A stretch of 64,000 nucleotides of DNA from an uncultured Clostridia bacterium (GTDB lineage: Bacteria > Bacillota > Clostridia > TANB77 > CAG-508): positions 1,300,692-1,364,691 of the forward strand of contig OZ006978.1 in NCBI GenBank assembly GCA_963931155.1, written 5' to 3'. The notes below the pieces were generated by a model. It was given only the letters and a program-made list of their open reading frames with translations, was not told where the DNA came from and did no database searches. Numbering within the stretch: the stretch's first letter is position 1; every line of letters begins with the position of its first letter. The position numbers and the translations under genes are program-made. This document shows, one piece after another, positions 38,200 to 49,855 of the stretch.

Positions 38200-39875
38200 A
38201 GTGGGAATGTTATGAAGTTGATGAAGAAAAAGTTAAAGAATTAGCACAAAAATTAAATATAAATGAATTATTAGCAAAAATTTTAGTGAATAAAAATCTT
38301 ACTGAAAAGAAAGATATTGAATTATTTACTAATCCTACAAGAAAAGATTTTCTAGATCCGTTTTTAATGCCAGATATGGAAATTGCAGTAGAAAGAATTT
38401 TAAAAGCTATAAAAAGTAAAGAAAGTATTATAATTTATGGCGATTATGATGCAGATGGAATAACAAGTATAACTGTTCTTAAAAGCTATTTAGAAGAAAG
38501 AGGGTTAGAAGTAGCATCATATATACCAAACAGGTTAGATGAAGGGTATGGTTTAAATAATAAAGCAATAGAGAAAATATATAATGATGGATATAGACTA
38601 ATGATTACAGTAGACTGTGGGATAACAGGAATTGATGAAATAAATTATGCAAGTTCTTTAGGAATAGAAACTATAATTACAGACCATCATGAACCAGCAG
38701 AAAAAATACCAAACGCAATTGCAGTAGTTGATGCAAAAAGAAAAGATAATCAATATCCATTTAATCAATTAGCGGGAGTAGGTGTTGTATTTAAATTAAT
38801 TCAAGCAATATCTATAAAGCTTGGTTTAGAAGAAAAAGAATACTTAAAATATTTAGATATTGTATGTATTGGAACAATATCTGACATAGTTCCATTAGTA
38901 GATGAAAATAGAATAATTGCTAAATTAGGATTAAAACTAGTAGCTCAAACTAGAAATATTGGGCTAAAGGCGTTGTTAGAGATAATAGGATTTAAAAAAA
39001 TTGATTCTGGAGCGGTATCATTTGGAATTGCCCCAAGGATAAATGCATGTGGTAGAATGGGAAATGAACAATTGGCTTTAGATTTATTTCTTTGCAAAGA
39101 TTACGAATTAGCAAAAAGATTAGCAATGAAATTAAATGAATATAATGTGGAAAGACAAGCTATAGAAAAAAATATTTTCGATGAAGTAGTAGAAAATATA
39201 GAAAAAAGTGAGAAAGAAAATAGCTGTATAATTATAGGAAATGAAGGATGGCACCATGGAATTATAGGTATTGTTGCTTCAAAAGTAACAGAAATGTATT
39301 TTAAACCATCTATTTTGGTTTGCTTTGAAGATGGTATTGGAAAAGGTTCTGGAAGAAGTATACCAGGATTTGATTTACATGAAGCTTTAATGAATTGTTC
39401 AAACAAACTAGAAAAATTTGGTGGACATGCAATGGCTGTGGGTGTCACTTTAAAACAAGAAAATTTTGATGAATTCAAAAAAGAATTAGAAACATACGCA
39501 AAAAAATGTGAAATAGATAAAATAGTACCAATAATAAATATTGATAGTGAGGTATCATTAAAAAATGTTAGTATAGAAAATGTAAAAAGCCTATCTGTAT
39601 TAGAACCATATGGAGAAGCAAATAAAATGCCGATGTTTCTGTTAAAAAATTTAAAAATTAACTCAATAAGATCATTATCAGAAGGAAAACATTTAAAACT
39701 GACCTTAAAAGCTGATGGATTTATGGTAGATGCAATAGGTTTTAATATGGGGTGTTTATCTGAGGAATATTTATTAGATGATAAAGTAGATGTAGTAGGA
39801 AATTTAGATATAAATTCATTTAATGGAAATGAAAATGTACAAATTATAATAAAGGATATAAGAAAATCATACTAA
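38200..39875 (+). CDS. recJ: single-stranded-DNA-specific exonuclease RecJ
   Basis: DHH (GDYDADGITS, DHH) and DHHA1 domains. Start at the ATG after TAAGGAG. The ORF is open from 38103. Confidence 0.9.
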
Positions 39876-39890
39876 AGGAGGGAAAAACGT

Positions 39891-42089
39891 ATGTCAGAAT
39901 ATAAAAATAAAAAAATTGAAGATGTAATAGCAGTGGTGAAAAAGAAGAAAGGAAGACGTGATACAAAATTAATACAACGAGCTTATGATTATGCAAATGC
40001 AAAACATGGAGACCAAAAAAGAAAATCTGGAGAACCATATATAATTCACCCATTGCAAGTATCTTATATTTTAGCTGACTTAGGTATGGACGACAACACT
40101 ATTTGTGCTGCACTTTTACATGATGTTTTAGAAGATACTGATACTACATACGATGATTTAGTAAAAGAATTCAACCAAGAAGTTGCATATATGGTAGATG
40201 GTGTTACAAAGCTTAGTAAGTTGCAATATGCAAGTGTTGAAGAACAACAAGTTGAAAACTACAGAAAAATGTTTTTGGCAATGGGAAAAGACATACGTGT
40301 AATCCTAATTAAACTTGCGGACAGACTTCATAATATGAGAACTTTAAAATATTTATCTAGAGATAGGCAAATAGCAAATGCTAAAGAAACAATGGAACTT
40401 TATGCACCACTAGCAAATAGACTAGGTGTATATTCATTAAAATGGGAACTTGAGGATTTATCATTTAAATATTTATATCCAGAAGAGTATAGAGAACTAG
40501 TAGAAGGTATAAATAAAAAAAGAGAAGAAAGACTTAAATTTATAGAGCAAATAATGGATCAAATAAGAGAAGAACTAAGAAATCAAAAAATAGATGCAGA
40601 AGTAACAGGAAGAGCAAAGCATTTATATAGTATATATAGAAAAATGAAAAGAGATAATAAAACATTGGATCAAATATATGATTTATTTGCATTAAGAATA
40701 TTGGTAAACTCAGTAAAGGACTGTTATGCAGCACTTGGGGTAGTACATGATTTATATAATCCAATGCCAGGAAGATTTAAAGACTATATTGCTGTGCCAA
40801 AACCAAATATGTACCAATCATTACATACAACTCTAATAGGTCCAAAAGGAACACCATTTGAAGTACAAATTCGTACATGGGATATGCATAGAGTTGCAGA
40901 ATATGGTATTGCTGCACATTGGGCATATAAAGAGTCTAGCTTTTTTAGTGGAAGAAAATCAAATGTAAAAGTACAAGATGATAAATTAGCATGGGTAAGA
41001 GAAACCTTGGAATGGCAAAGCGAAATGCAAGATCCAGATGAATTTATGTCTACCTTAAAGAAAGAATTATTTGTAGACGAAGTATATATTTTTACACCAA
41101 AAGGTGCAATAAAAGTACTTCCAAAAGGATCAACACCAATAGACTTTGCATATCAAATACACGAACAAATAGGACATAAAATGGTTGGCTGTAAAATAAA
41201 TAGTAAAATGATGCCAATTACAACAAAACTAAAAAATGGTGATATAGTTGAAATAATAACATCAGACCAATCAAAAGGACCAAGTAGAGATTGGCTAAAA
41301 TTTGTAAAAAGCTCAAGAGCGAGAAATAAAATATTAGGTTGGTTTAAGAAAAATCAAAGAGAAGAAAATATAGAAAAAGGAAAAGACATAATAGAAAGAG
41401 AACTAAAGAAGATTGGTGTAAAACATGATGATTTATTTAAAAATGAATTTGTACAGCCGGCATTAAACAGATATAAATATAATAGCTTAGATGATATGTA
41501 TGCAAGTGTTGGATTTGGCTCAATATCTGCAGGAAAAATTATATCTAGAATGTTAGAAGAGTATAGAAAAGTCCATAAAGAAGATGATATAGAAAAAACA
41601 CTACAAGAATTATCAAAAGAAAAAGTGCATAGAGAAAAACCATCATCAAATGGTGTTATAGTAAAAGGAATAGACAACTGTTTAGTAAAACTATCAAGAT
41701 GCTGTAATCCAGTACCAGGAGACGAGATAATAGGATATATAACAAGAGGAAGAGGGGTATCTGTACATAGAACAGACTGTGTAAATGCAAAAAATCTATT
41801 ATCAGACGGAAACAGAATAATAGATGTATACTGGAGCAACCAAAAAACAACATATAGTGTAGACATAGAAATATATGCAAATGACAGATCAGGACTTTTA
41901 GCAGACATAATAAATGTATTAGGAAATACAAAATGCAAATTACAAGCAGTAAATTCAAAAGCAAACAAAGAAAAAATTGCAATTACTGAAGTTACAGTAG
42001 AAGTAGAAAATATAGAACAACTAAACCAAGTATTAAAAGCATTAAGAAAAGTAGATAGTGTATACGAAGTAAAAAGAAAGAAACAATAA
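39891..42089 (+). CDS. relA: bifunctional (p)ppGpp synthetase/hydrolase Rel
   Basis: HD hydrolase, synthetase (YQSLHTT, EVQIRT), TGS and ACT domains. 732 aa. Confidence 0.95.
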   Translation: MSEYKNKKIEDVIAVVKKKKGRRDTKLIQRAYDYANAKHGDQKRKSGEPYIIHPLQVSYILADLGMDDNTICAALLHDVLEDTDTTYDDLVKEFNQEVAYMVDGVTKLSKLQYASVEEQQVENYRKMFLAMGKDIRVILIKLADRLHNMRTLKYLSRDRQIANAKETMELYAPLANRLGVYSLKWELEDLSFKYLYPEEYRELVEGINKKREERLKFIEQIMDQIREELRNQKIDAEVTGRAKHLYSIYRKMKRDNKTLDQIYDLFALRILVNSVKDCYAALGVVHDLYNPMPGRFKDYIAVPKPNMYQSLHTTLIGPKGTPFEVQIRTWDMHRVAEYGIAAHWAYKESSFFSGRKSNVKVQDDKLAWVRETLEWQSEMQDPDEFMSTLKKELFVDEVYIFTPKGAIKVLPKGSTPIDFAYQIHEQIGHKMVGCKINSKMMPITTKLKNGDIVEIITSDQSKGPSRDWLKFVKSSRARNKILGWFKKNQREENIEKGKDIIERELKKIGVKHDDLFKNEFVQPALNRYKYNSLDDMYASVGFGSISAGKIISRMLEEYRKVHKEDDIEKTLQELSKEKVHREKPSSNGVIVKGIDNCLVKLSRCCNPVPGDEIIGYITRGRGVSVHRTDCVNAKNLLSDGNRIIDVYWSNQKTTYSVDIEIYANDRSGLLADIINVLGNTKCKLQAVNSKANKEKIAITEVTVEVENIEQLNQVLKALRKVDSVYEVKRKKQ

Positions 42090-42104
42090 AAACAGGAGAG
42101 AAAC

Positions 42105-42755
42105 ATGATTTTAAAAGAATTAAGAGTACAATCAGATTTTGAAAATATAATTACAAATTGTTATATAGTTGAAGATGAAAAAACAAAAGAAACAATGGTT
42201 ATAGATCCAGGAGGAGAATCAGAAAAAATTATAGATCTATTACAGATTTTAGGCTCAAAGGTTAAATATATTTATTTAACACATTGTCATGGTGACCATA
42301 TAGGAGCTGTAGAAGAAGTAAAAAATAAAAAAGGCGGAAAAATACTTATCCATGCAGAAGATTATGAAGGATTAAAGAATCCAGAAATTAATCTTACTGG
42401 TGTTGTTTCAGAAAATAGAAAAAGTATAGAAGCGGATTCTAGAGTAAATGATGGAGATACAATTCATATAGGAGACTTAGAGTTTAAAGTAATACATACT
42501 CCTGGGCACACAAAAGGTGGAAGTAGTTTATATTGTGAGAAAGAAAATATGTTATTTTCTGGAGACACAATGTTTAAAACAATGTGGGGAAGAACAGACC
42601 TTCCAACCGGTAGTTTCCCAGCTATAATACAATCAATTAGTAATAGATTACTAGTTTTACCAGACGATACTATTGTATATCCAGGACATGGTGCTTCTAC
42701 AAGAATTAAAGAAGAAGAACCAATCTATTATAACTTAATGCCAGGCGAAGAATAA
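42105..42755 (+). CDS. MBL-fold metallo-hydrolase
   Basis: THCHGDH metallo-beta-lactamase motif. Confidence 0.8.
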   Translation: MILKELRVQSDFENIITNCYIVEDEKTKETMVIDPGGESEKIIDLLQILGSKVKYIYLTHCHGDHIGAVEEVKNKKGGKILIHAEDYEGLKNPEINLTGVVSENRKSIEADSRVNDGDTIHIGDLEFKVIHTPGHTKGGSSLYCEKENMLFSGDTMFKTMWGRTDLPTGSFPAIIQSISNRLLVLPDDTIVYPGHGASTRIKEEEPIYYNLMPGEE

Positions 42756-42860
42756 GATAGTTAATAATAAATAAAATATTGAAAAAGGATAATAAATAAA
42801 TTATTAAAAAAATCACAATTATTAAAGTAGAGTAATCTTAAAATATAGGAGGACAAAGTT

Positions 42861-44168
42861 ATGAGAGTAGAACCACGAACATTACCGGGATTTATGGAAC
42901 TTTTGCCAAACGACCAAATACAATTTAATTCTATGATGGATAAAATAAGAGCATCATATGAAAAATTTGGATTTCTTCCATTAGATACACCTATAGTTGA
43001 AATGGCAGATGTACTTTTAGCGAAAGCTGGTGGAGAAACAGAGAAGCAAATATATCGTTTTAATAAAGGAGATAATGACTTGGCACTACGTTTTGATTTA
43101 ACAGTACCACTTGCTAAATATGTATGCCAGTATTATAACGATATTAGTTTCCCTTTTAAAAGATATCAAATAGGAAAAGTATATAGAGGTGAAAGACCAC
43201 AAAAAGGCAGATATAGAGAGTTTTATCAATGTGATATAGACATAATTGGAGATGGCGAATTAAGTTTAATAAATGATGCAGAAATGCCAAGTGTTATTTA
43301 TACTACAATAAAAGAATTAGGATTTGATGATTTTACAATTAGGATAAATAATAGAAAAATATTAAATGGATTATTTGCAGAACTAGATTTAGAAAAAGAA
43401 TCTGTAGAAATAATGAGAATTATTGATAAATTAGAAAAAATAGGAAAAGAAAATGTAGTTAAATGCTTAGAAGATTTAAAAATAGAAACAAGCAAAATAG
43501 AAAAAGTAATGGAATTTTTGAAAATAGATGGAGACACAGATACTAAACTAGAAAAATTAAGTAAGTTAGATTTTTCTAATAAGCTATTTAATGAAGGAGT
43601 AACTGAGCTTAAAGAGGTAATTAAGAATGTAAGATTATTTGGGGTTCCAGACACACATTTTAATGTAGATCTTACGATTGCAAGGGGGTTAGACTACTAT
43701 ACAGGAACTGTATATGAAACATTTCTAAATGATTATAGAGAGTTAGGAAGTGTTTGTTCTGGCGGTAGATATGATAATTTGGCAGAGTATTACACAGATA
43801 AAAAGATGCCAGGTGTTGGAGTATCTATAGGACTAACTAGATTTTATTCTAAATTGCAAGAGATGGACATAATAAAAAATACTCCAAAATCGATTTCAAA
43901 AGTAATTGTTATATCTATGCTAGATAATAACGATAGAGCATTAGAAATAGGAAGTATACTTAGAGAAAATAATATAAATACAGATGTATACTTAGAAGAT
44001 AAAAAGATAAAGGCAAAATTTAAATATGCGAACAGATTAAATGTTCCATATGTAGCAATAATAGGTGAAGAAGAAGAAAAAAATGGAACAGTTAGTCTTA
44101 AAAATATGGAAACAGGAGAACAAAACGAAATTAGCATAGATGAATTAATAACTATATTAAAAAAATAA
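42861..44168 (+). CDS. hisS: histidine--tRNA ligase
   Basis: Class II motifs (GGRYDNL, GLDYYTG) plus a C-terminal anticodon-binding domain. Confidence 0.75.
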   Translation: MRVEPRTLPGFMELLPNDQIQFNSMMDKIRASYEKFGFLPLDTPIVEMADVLLAKAGGETEKQIYRFNKGDNDLALRFDLTVPLAKYVCQYYNDISFPFKRYQIGKVYRGERPQKGRYREFYQCDIDIIGDGELSLINDAEMPSVIYTTIKELGFDDFTIRINNRKILNGLFAELDLEKESVEIMRIIDKLEKIGKENVVKCLEDLKIETSKIEKVMEFLKIDGDTDTKLEKLSKLDFSNKLFNEGVTELKEVIKNVRLFGVPDTHFNVDLTIARGLDYYTGTVYETFLNDYRELGSVCSGGRYDNLAEYYTDKKMPGVGVSIGLTRFYSKLQEMDIIKNTPKSISKVIVISMLDNNDRALEIGSILRENNINTDVYLEDKKIKAKFKYANRLNVPYVAIIGEEEEKNGTVSLKNMETGEQNEISIDELITILKK

Positions 44169-44298
44169 ATAGAAAAAATATAACCTAGTTTTTAAAAGGA
44201 TTAGGTTATATTTTTTATGCTTTCTGAATATAAATATATATAGGAAACTTGGACAATTAGAAATTCAAAAAGTGTATCATAAGGAAGGAAAGCCAAAG

Positions 44299-45426
44299 AT
44301 GATTAATTTAGCTGTAATAGAATTAAAAGATATTATAAAATATTTAATAAAAATAACAATTATAATATTACTTGCTGTAGGACTTACAAAATTTTTCTCA
44401 AGTTTTAAAACAAAACTAAATATAGAAAAGAATTCATTTCTTTCCTGTTTAGATGTAGTTATACCTAGCATGGGAGATATAAACAAAACTGAGCAAAGTA
44501 CAAAAAAGGTAGATAAAGCAGAAATAAAACCTCTAAAAATGGTACTAGAAACTGAATTAGGACTTATTGATACATTAGAAAAAAATGGAGAAAAAACAGA
44601 AGAAAAGAAAGAGGAAAAAAATGAAAATACAGAAGAATCAAAAGACGAAAAAATTGAAGAGGCAAAAACAGGTTTAAAAACAGAAGTTATAGAAACTAAT
44701 GTGCCTGAAAAATTTACCACTGAATACAATGGAGTAAAAATAAGAAACGAAACAGATAACATAAAATTAACAAAAGAAATGTTAAAACCAGATATTAGTT
44801 TAAATAATAAAAATATTATAATATATCATACACATACATGTGAAAGTTATACAAAAACAAAAAAATATACATATAAATCATCAGGAAATTTTAGAACAAC
44901 AGATATAAATTATTCAGTAGCAAGAGTGGGAACAGAACTTACAAAGTACTTAGAACACTATGGATATAACGTAATACATGATACTACACTATACGATTAT
45001 CCATCATATAGTGAATCTTATGATAGATCATTAAAAGGTGTAGCAGAATTGTTAGAAGAAAATAAAGATACAGATATTTTATTTGATATACATAGAGATG
45101 CAATAGGAGATAGTAAATATGCACCAACAGTAAAAATAGGAGAAGAAGAAGCAGCTCAAATGATGTTTGTAATAGGAAGTAATGGAGGAGGAAGCAAGCA
45201 TGATGATTGGAACAAAAATTTAAAATTTGCAGTAAAAATACAAGAAAAAGCAAATGAAATGTATCCAGGTTTATTTAAACCGATAATCTTAAGAGATAGC
45301 AGATACAATCAACAATTAGCAGAAGGTGCAAGCATTATAGAAGTAGGAGCTACAGGAAACACACTAGAACAATGTTTAAATAGTATGAAATATTTATCAA
45401 AAGTAATACAAGAAGTTTTGAAATAA
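44299..45426 (+). CDS. spoIIP: stage II sporulation protein P (SpoIIP)
   Basis: N-terminal TM and SpoIIP-like amidase domain (IIIYHTHTCESY). Start at the ATG after AAGGAAGG. Confidence 0.7.
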   Translation: MINLAVIELKDIIKYLIKITIIILLAVGLTKFFSSFKTKLNIEKNSFLSCLDVVIPSMGDINKTEQSTKKVDKAEIKPLKMVLETELGLIDTLEKNGEKTEEKKEEKNENTEESKDEKIEEAKTGLKTEVIETNVPEKFTTEYNGVKIRNETDNIKLTKEMLKPDISLNNKNIIIYHTHTCESYTKTKKYTYKSSGNFRTTDINYSVARVGTELTKYLEHYGYNVIHDTTLYDYPSYSESYDRSLKGVAELLEENKDTDILFDIHRDAIGDSKYAPTVKIGEEEAAQMMFVIGSNGGGSKHDDWNKNLKFAVKIQEKANEMYPGLFKPIILRDSRYNQQLAEGASIIEVGATGNTLEQCLNSMKYLSKVIQEVLK

Positions 45427-45427
45427 T

Positions 45428-45459
45428 GTGCCATTGGGTCAGACCCCAATGGCATTTTT
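45428..45459 (+). terminator. rho-independent terminator
   Basis: tgccattggg-tcagac-cccaatggca followed by ttttt. Confidence 0.7.
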
Positions 45460-45571
45460 GCCAATTTAACGAAAAATTATTTTAAATTACTTGACAATTT
45501 GGCTTAAAAAAATTATAATAAAATATTGTTAGATACCTAACAATATTTGGGGGTGATGTAAAATAGAAAGC

Positions 45572-45997
45572 ATGAATATAGGGAGAAGTATTCATATATT
45601 ATCAAGGCAAATTAAGAGAAAAATAGATGAAGCGGTCATTAAATACAATGTTACGTCTGTTCAGTGTGGTTTTATAGAATATATAAGTTATGAAAGTAAA
45701 AAGGGAAATGTTTATGCAAAAGACATCGAAAAAAAATTTAATATGCGAAGAGCTACTGTAGCAGAGATTCTTAGCTTGATGGAAAAAAATGGATTAATAG
45801 AAAGAAAGTCAAATGAGCAAGATGCTAGATTAAAACAAATTATTTTAACAAAAAGGTCATTGGAAATTAAAAATAGTATAAAAAAAGAAGTAAAAAAAGT
45901 AGAAAAATTACTAAGAAAAGATTTTACAGAACAAGAACTAACTAATTTTATGAATATATTGAAGAAAATGTCTGACAATTTAGAATGTAAAGTATAA
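45572..45997 (+). CDS. MarR family transcriptional regulator
   Basis: 141-aa winged helix with a MarR signature. Upstream of the ABC exporter pair. Confidence 0.8.
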   Translation: MNIGRSIHILSRQIKRKIDEAVIKYNVTSVQCGFIEYISYESKKGNVYAKDIEKKFNMRRATVAEILSLMEKNGLIERKSNEQDARLKQIILTKRSLEIKNSIKKEVKKVEKLLRKDFTEQELTNFMNILKKMSDNLECKV

Positions 45998-46093
45998 ATA
46001 AAAGTTCACTAATAAATATGATTTAATGTAATTTAAGTAAAAAAATATTAATAAAATAATGTATATAATTAGTAAAAAATATAGGAGGTAGAA

Positions 46094-47845
46094 ATGATAA
46101 AGAAATTAGCTAAATATATAAAAGACTGTAAAAAAGATACAATTTTAACACCTATATTTGTTATTTTTGAGGTTATTATGGAAGTTGTAATTCCATATTT
46201 AATGGCAAAAATCATAGATGTGGGTATACAAAATAGTGATATTAAATATATATTGGAAATAGGTATATTTTTAATTGTATCTGCAATATTATCACTTACT
46301 TTTGGTATGTTATCTGGTAGATTTGCTGCAAAAGCATCTGCAGGTTATGCTAAAAATTTAAGAAAAGCTATGTTTGATAAAATTCAAACATATGCATTTG
46401 AAAATATTGATAAATTTTCAACATCGAGCTTAATTACAAGACTTACAACAGATGTAACTAATGTACAAAACGCTTTTCAAATGATTATAAGAATACTAGT
46501 AAGAGCTCCAATAATGCTAATATTTGCTCTTATTATGGCTTTTTCAATAAGTGCAAAACTTGCCTGTATATTTTTGGTTGCAATACCTATCCTTGGCTTT
46601 CTTTTAATATTTATAGCAAAAAAAGCACATCCATATTTTGAAAAAGTATTCAAAAAGTATGATAAATTAAATAGAGTAGTACAAGAAGATTTATCAGGAA
46701 TAAGAGTTGTTAAAGCATATGCTAAAGAAGATTTAGAAAAGCAAAAATTTGGTGAAGTAAATAATGAAGTATTTAAAATGTTTAAAACAGCAGAAAAAAT
46801 AGTTGCTTTTAACTCTCCAGTAATGCAATTTACTGTGTATTCATGTATTTTATTAATCTCATGGTTTGGTGCACAATTAATTGTTGGGGGAGAAATGCAA
46901 ACAGGTCAATTGTCTAGTTTAATTACATATGCATATCAAATACTTATGAGTTTAATGATGCTTTCTATGGTTTTTGTTATGGTAATAATTGCTCAATCTT
47001 CTGCAGAGAGAATTGTGGAAGTTTTAGATGAAGAACCAGCAATTAAAAATAAAGAAAAAAATATAAAAGAAGTAAAAGATGGATCAATCGTATTTGATAA
47101 TGTAAGTTTTTGCTATAGTGATGAAAAAGACAAAAGTAAATTTGCTTTAAGAAATATAAACTTAGAGATTAAGCCTGGAGAAACTATTGGAATTATAGGT
47201 GGAACAGGTAGTTCAAAATCTACTCTAGTTCAGTTAATTCCAAGACTATATGATGCAACTAAGGGAAAGGTTAAGGTAGGAGGAGTAGATGTTAAAGACT
47301 ACGATATAGAAACTTTAAGAGATAGTGTTTCCATGGTACTTCAGAAAAATGTATTATTCTCAGGTACAATTAGCGAAAACTTAAGATGGGGAAATAAAGA
47401 AGCAGATGATGATGAATTGGAAAGAGTTTGTAAATTAGCACAAGCAGACGATTTTATAAAACAATTTCCAGCAAAGTATGAAACAGTATTAGATCAAGGT
47501 GGAACTAATGTATCAGGAGGGCAAAAACAAAGAATTTGTATAGCAAGAGCATTACTAAAAAAACCAAAAATATTAATATTAGATGATTCAACGAGTGCTG
47601 TAGATACTAAAACAGATGCATTAATTAGAAAAGCATTTAGGGAGGAAATACCAAATACAACTAAAATAATTATTGCACAAAGAATTAGTTCTATAGAAGA
47701 TGCAGATAAAATTATTGTATTAAATGAAGGAAAAATTGATGGAATTGGAACATCAGAAGAATTATTAAAAACCAATAAAATTTATAAAGAAGTATATGAT
47801 TCTCAAATGAAGGGAGATGATGAAAAAGATGGAAAAGAAAATTAA
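46094..47845 (+). CDS. ABC transporter permease/ATP-binding protein (heterodimeric exporter subunit)
   Basis: Six TM helices plus NBD (Walker A GGTGSSKST, LSGGQKQR). Confidence 0.9.
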   Translation: MIKKLAKYIKDCKKDTILTPIFVIFEVIMEVVIPYLMAKIIDVGIQNSDIKYILEIGIFLIVSAILSLTFGMLSGRFAAKASAGYAKNLRKAMFDKIQTYAFENIDKFSTSSLITRLTTDVTNVQNAFQMIIRILVRAPIMLIFALIMAFSISAKLACIFLVAIPILGFLLIFIAKKAHPYFEKVFKKYDKLNRVVQEDLSGIRVVKAYAKEDLEKQKFGEVNNEVFKMFKTAEKIVAFNSPVMQFTVYSCILLISWFGAQLIVGGEMQTGQLSSLITYAYQILMSLMMLSMVFVMVIIAQSSAERIVEVLDEEPAIKNKEKNIKEVKDGSIVFDNVSFCYSDEKDKSKFALRNINLEIKPGETIGIIGGTGSSKSTLVQLIPRLYDATKGKVKVGGVDVKDYDIETLRDSVSMVLQKNVLFSGTISENLRWGNKEADDDELERVCKLAQADDFIKQFPAKYETVLDQGGTNVSGGQKQRICIARALLKKPKILILDDSTSAVDTKTDALIRKAFREEIPNTTKIIIAQRISSIEDADKIIVLNEGKIDGIGTSEELLKTNKIYKEVYDSQMKGDDEKDGKEN

Positions 47846-49688
47846 AAAATCTAAAACAGCATTTAGACTTTTAAAATACGTATTTACGACTTATAAACTA
47901 CAATTCTTTATAGTACTTGTAGCAATTATATTTAGTGCACTTGCCAATGTGTTAGGAATTCAATTTATACAAACATTAATTGATAATTATATAGTACCAT
48001 TATTAGGAAATCAAAATCCAGATTTTTCATCATTATTGCAAGCAATCTTTTCAATGGGACTAATCTATATATTGGGTGTTATAGCAACATATGTTTATAA
48101 TAGATTGATGATTAATATTTCGCAAGGAATACTAAATAAAATACGTACAGAAATGTTTGAACATATGCAAACATTACCAATAAGATACTTTGATAGCCGT
48201 TCTCATGGTGAAATAATGAGTACATATACAAATGATGTAGATGCCCTAAGACAGTGCTTAAGTCAAAGTATTCCACAAGTATTTTCTGCAATTATAACAA
48301 TGATAACAGTTTTAATATCAATGTTTACTACAAATGTATATTTAACATTAGTAGTTATAGCAATGGTTGTAATAATGACCTTTGTATCTAGGTACTTGGG
48401 CGGAAATAGTTCAAGATATTTTGTTCAACAACAAGAAGATTTAAGTAAAGTAAATGGGTATATAGAAGAAATGATGGAAGGACAAAAAGTAGTAAAAGTT
48501 TTTTGTCATGAAGAAGCAACAAAGGAAAAATTTGATGAATTAAATGAAAATTTATGTGATAGTGGAGCAAGAGCTAATACATATGCAAATATTTTAATGC
48601 CATGTATATTAAATATTGGAAACTTAGGGTATGTTTTAGTTGCGGTTATAGGAGGTATACTTTCTATAAATGGAATATTAACAATCGGAAACATAGCGGC
48701 ATTTTTACAATATGTAAAAGCATTTACAAACCCACTTGGTCAAGTTTCACAACAAATCAACTTTATAGTTATGGCACTAGCAGGAGCTGGAAGAATATTC
48801 AAATTAATTGATGAAAAACCAGAAGAAGATGATGGATATGTAACACTAGTAAATGCAAAAATGGAAAACGGAAAAATTGTAGAAACTAATGAAAGAACGG
48901 GATTATGGGCATGGAAACACCCACATAAAGATGGTAGAATAACATATGCTAGATTGAGAGGAAAAGTTACATTTAGTGATGTTGTATTTGGTTATACAGA
49001 CAAAAAGATTGTATTACATAATATATCTCTAGAAGCGAAAGAAGGACAAAAGGTTGCATTTGTTGGAGCAACTGGTGCAGGAAAAACAACAATTACAAAT
49101 TTAATAAACAGATTTTATGATATACAAAGTGGAAAAATCAGATACGACGGAATAAATATACAAAAAATAAAAAAAGCAGATTTAAGAAGATCACTTGGAA
49201 TGGTTTTGCAAGATACAAATTTATTTACAGGAACAATAAAAGATAATATCAGGTATTCAAGACCAGACGCATCTGATGAAGAAGTATATGCTGCAGCAAA
49301 ATTAGCAAATGCAGATTATTTTATAAAGCATTTACCACAAGGATATGATACAGTTATAACAGGAAATGGAGAAGGACTATCACAAGGGCAAAGACAATTA
49401 CTTTCAATAGCAAGAGCAGCATTAGATAATGCACCAGTATTAATATTAGATGAAGCAACATCAAGTATAGATACACGTACAGAGAAAATCGTTCAAGACG
49501 GTATGGATAAATTAATGAAAGGAAGAACTGTTTTTGTAATAGCACATAGACTATCAACAATAAGAAACTCTGACTTAATTATGGTATTAGATCAAGGAAG
49601 AATAATTGAAAGAGGAAATCATGAAGAGTTAATAGGTAAAAAAGGTATGTACTATGGATTATATACAGGAGCAATAGAAATAGAATAA
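47817..49688 (+). CDS. ABC transporter permease/ATP-binding protein (heterodimeric exporter subunit)
   Basis: Six TM helices plus NBD (GATGAGKTT, LSQGQRQLL). Overlaps the upstream gene. Exact start uncertain. Confidence 0.9.
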   Translation: MMKKMEKKIKKSKTAFRLLKYVFTTYKLQFFIVLVAIIFSALANVLGIQFIQTLIDNYIVPLLGNQNPDFSSLLQAIFSMGLIYILGVIATYVYNRLMINISQGILNKIRTEMFEHMQTLPIRYFDSRSHGEIMSTYTNDVDALRQCLSQSIPQVFSAIITMITVLISMFTTNVYLTLVVIAMVVIMTFVSRYLGGNSSRYFVQQQEDLSKVNGYIEEMMEGQKVVKVFCHEEATKEKFDELNENLCDSGARANTYANILMPCILNIGNLGYVLVAVIGGILSINGILTIGNIAAFLQYVKAFTNPLGQVSQQINFIVMALAGAGRIFKLIDEKPEEDDGYVTLVNAKMENGKIVETNERTGLWAWKHPHKDGRITYARLRGKVTFSDVVFGYTDKKIVLHNISLEAKEGQKVAFVGATGAGKTTITNLINRFYDIQSGKIRYDGINIQKIKKADLRRSLGMVLQDTNLFTGTIKDNIRYSRPDASDEEVYAAAKLANADYFIKHLPQGYDTVITGNGEGLSQGQRQLLSIARAALDNAPVLILDEATSSIDTRTEKIVQDGMDKLMKGRTVFVIAHRLSTIRNSDLIMVLDQGRIIERGNHEELIGKKGMYYGLYTGAIEIE

Positions 49689-49694
49689 TTTTTT

Positions 49695-49740
49695 ACAAAA
49701 GGGACGGGTTTGCAAAACAAACCTGTCTCTTTTTGTAATT
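49695..49740 (+). terminator. rho-independent terminator
   Basis: aagggacgggtttg-caaaa-caaacctgtctct followed by ttttt. Confidence 0.55.
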
Positions 49741-49855
49741 TTGGTAAATTTTATTTTTTTTTGTAAACTACTTGATAAAAAATTATTTGTATAATATGAT
49801 ATAAATGTATAAATAAAAATGAAGTTTGAGTATATTTTTACAAAGGAGGAGTTTT

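Noticed and set aside
42756-42860. Possible T-box leader upstream of hisS
   Set aside because: The region is only ~100 nt, has no AGGGUGG T-box motif, and ends in an SD directly.
45428-45459. Similarity between the spoIIP terminator stem (tgtgccattgg) and the pnp outer stem (tgtgccaatgg)
   Set aside because: Only ~11 nt of similarity. That is too short to call a repeat family without a genome-wide count.
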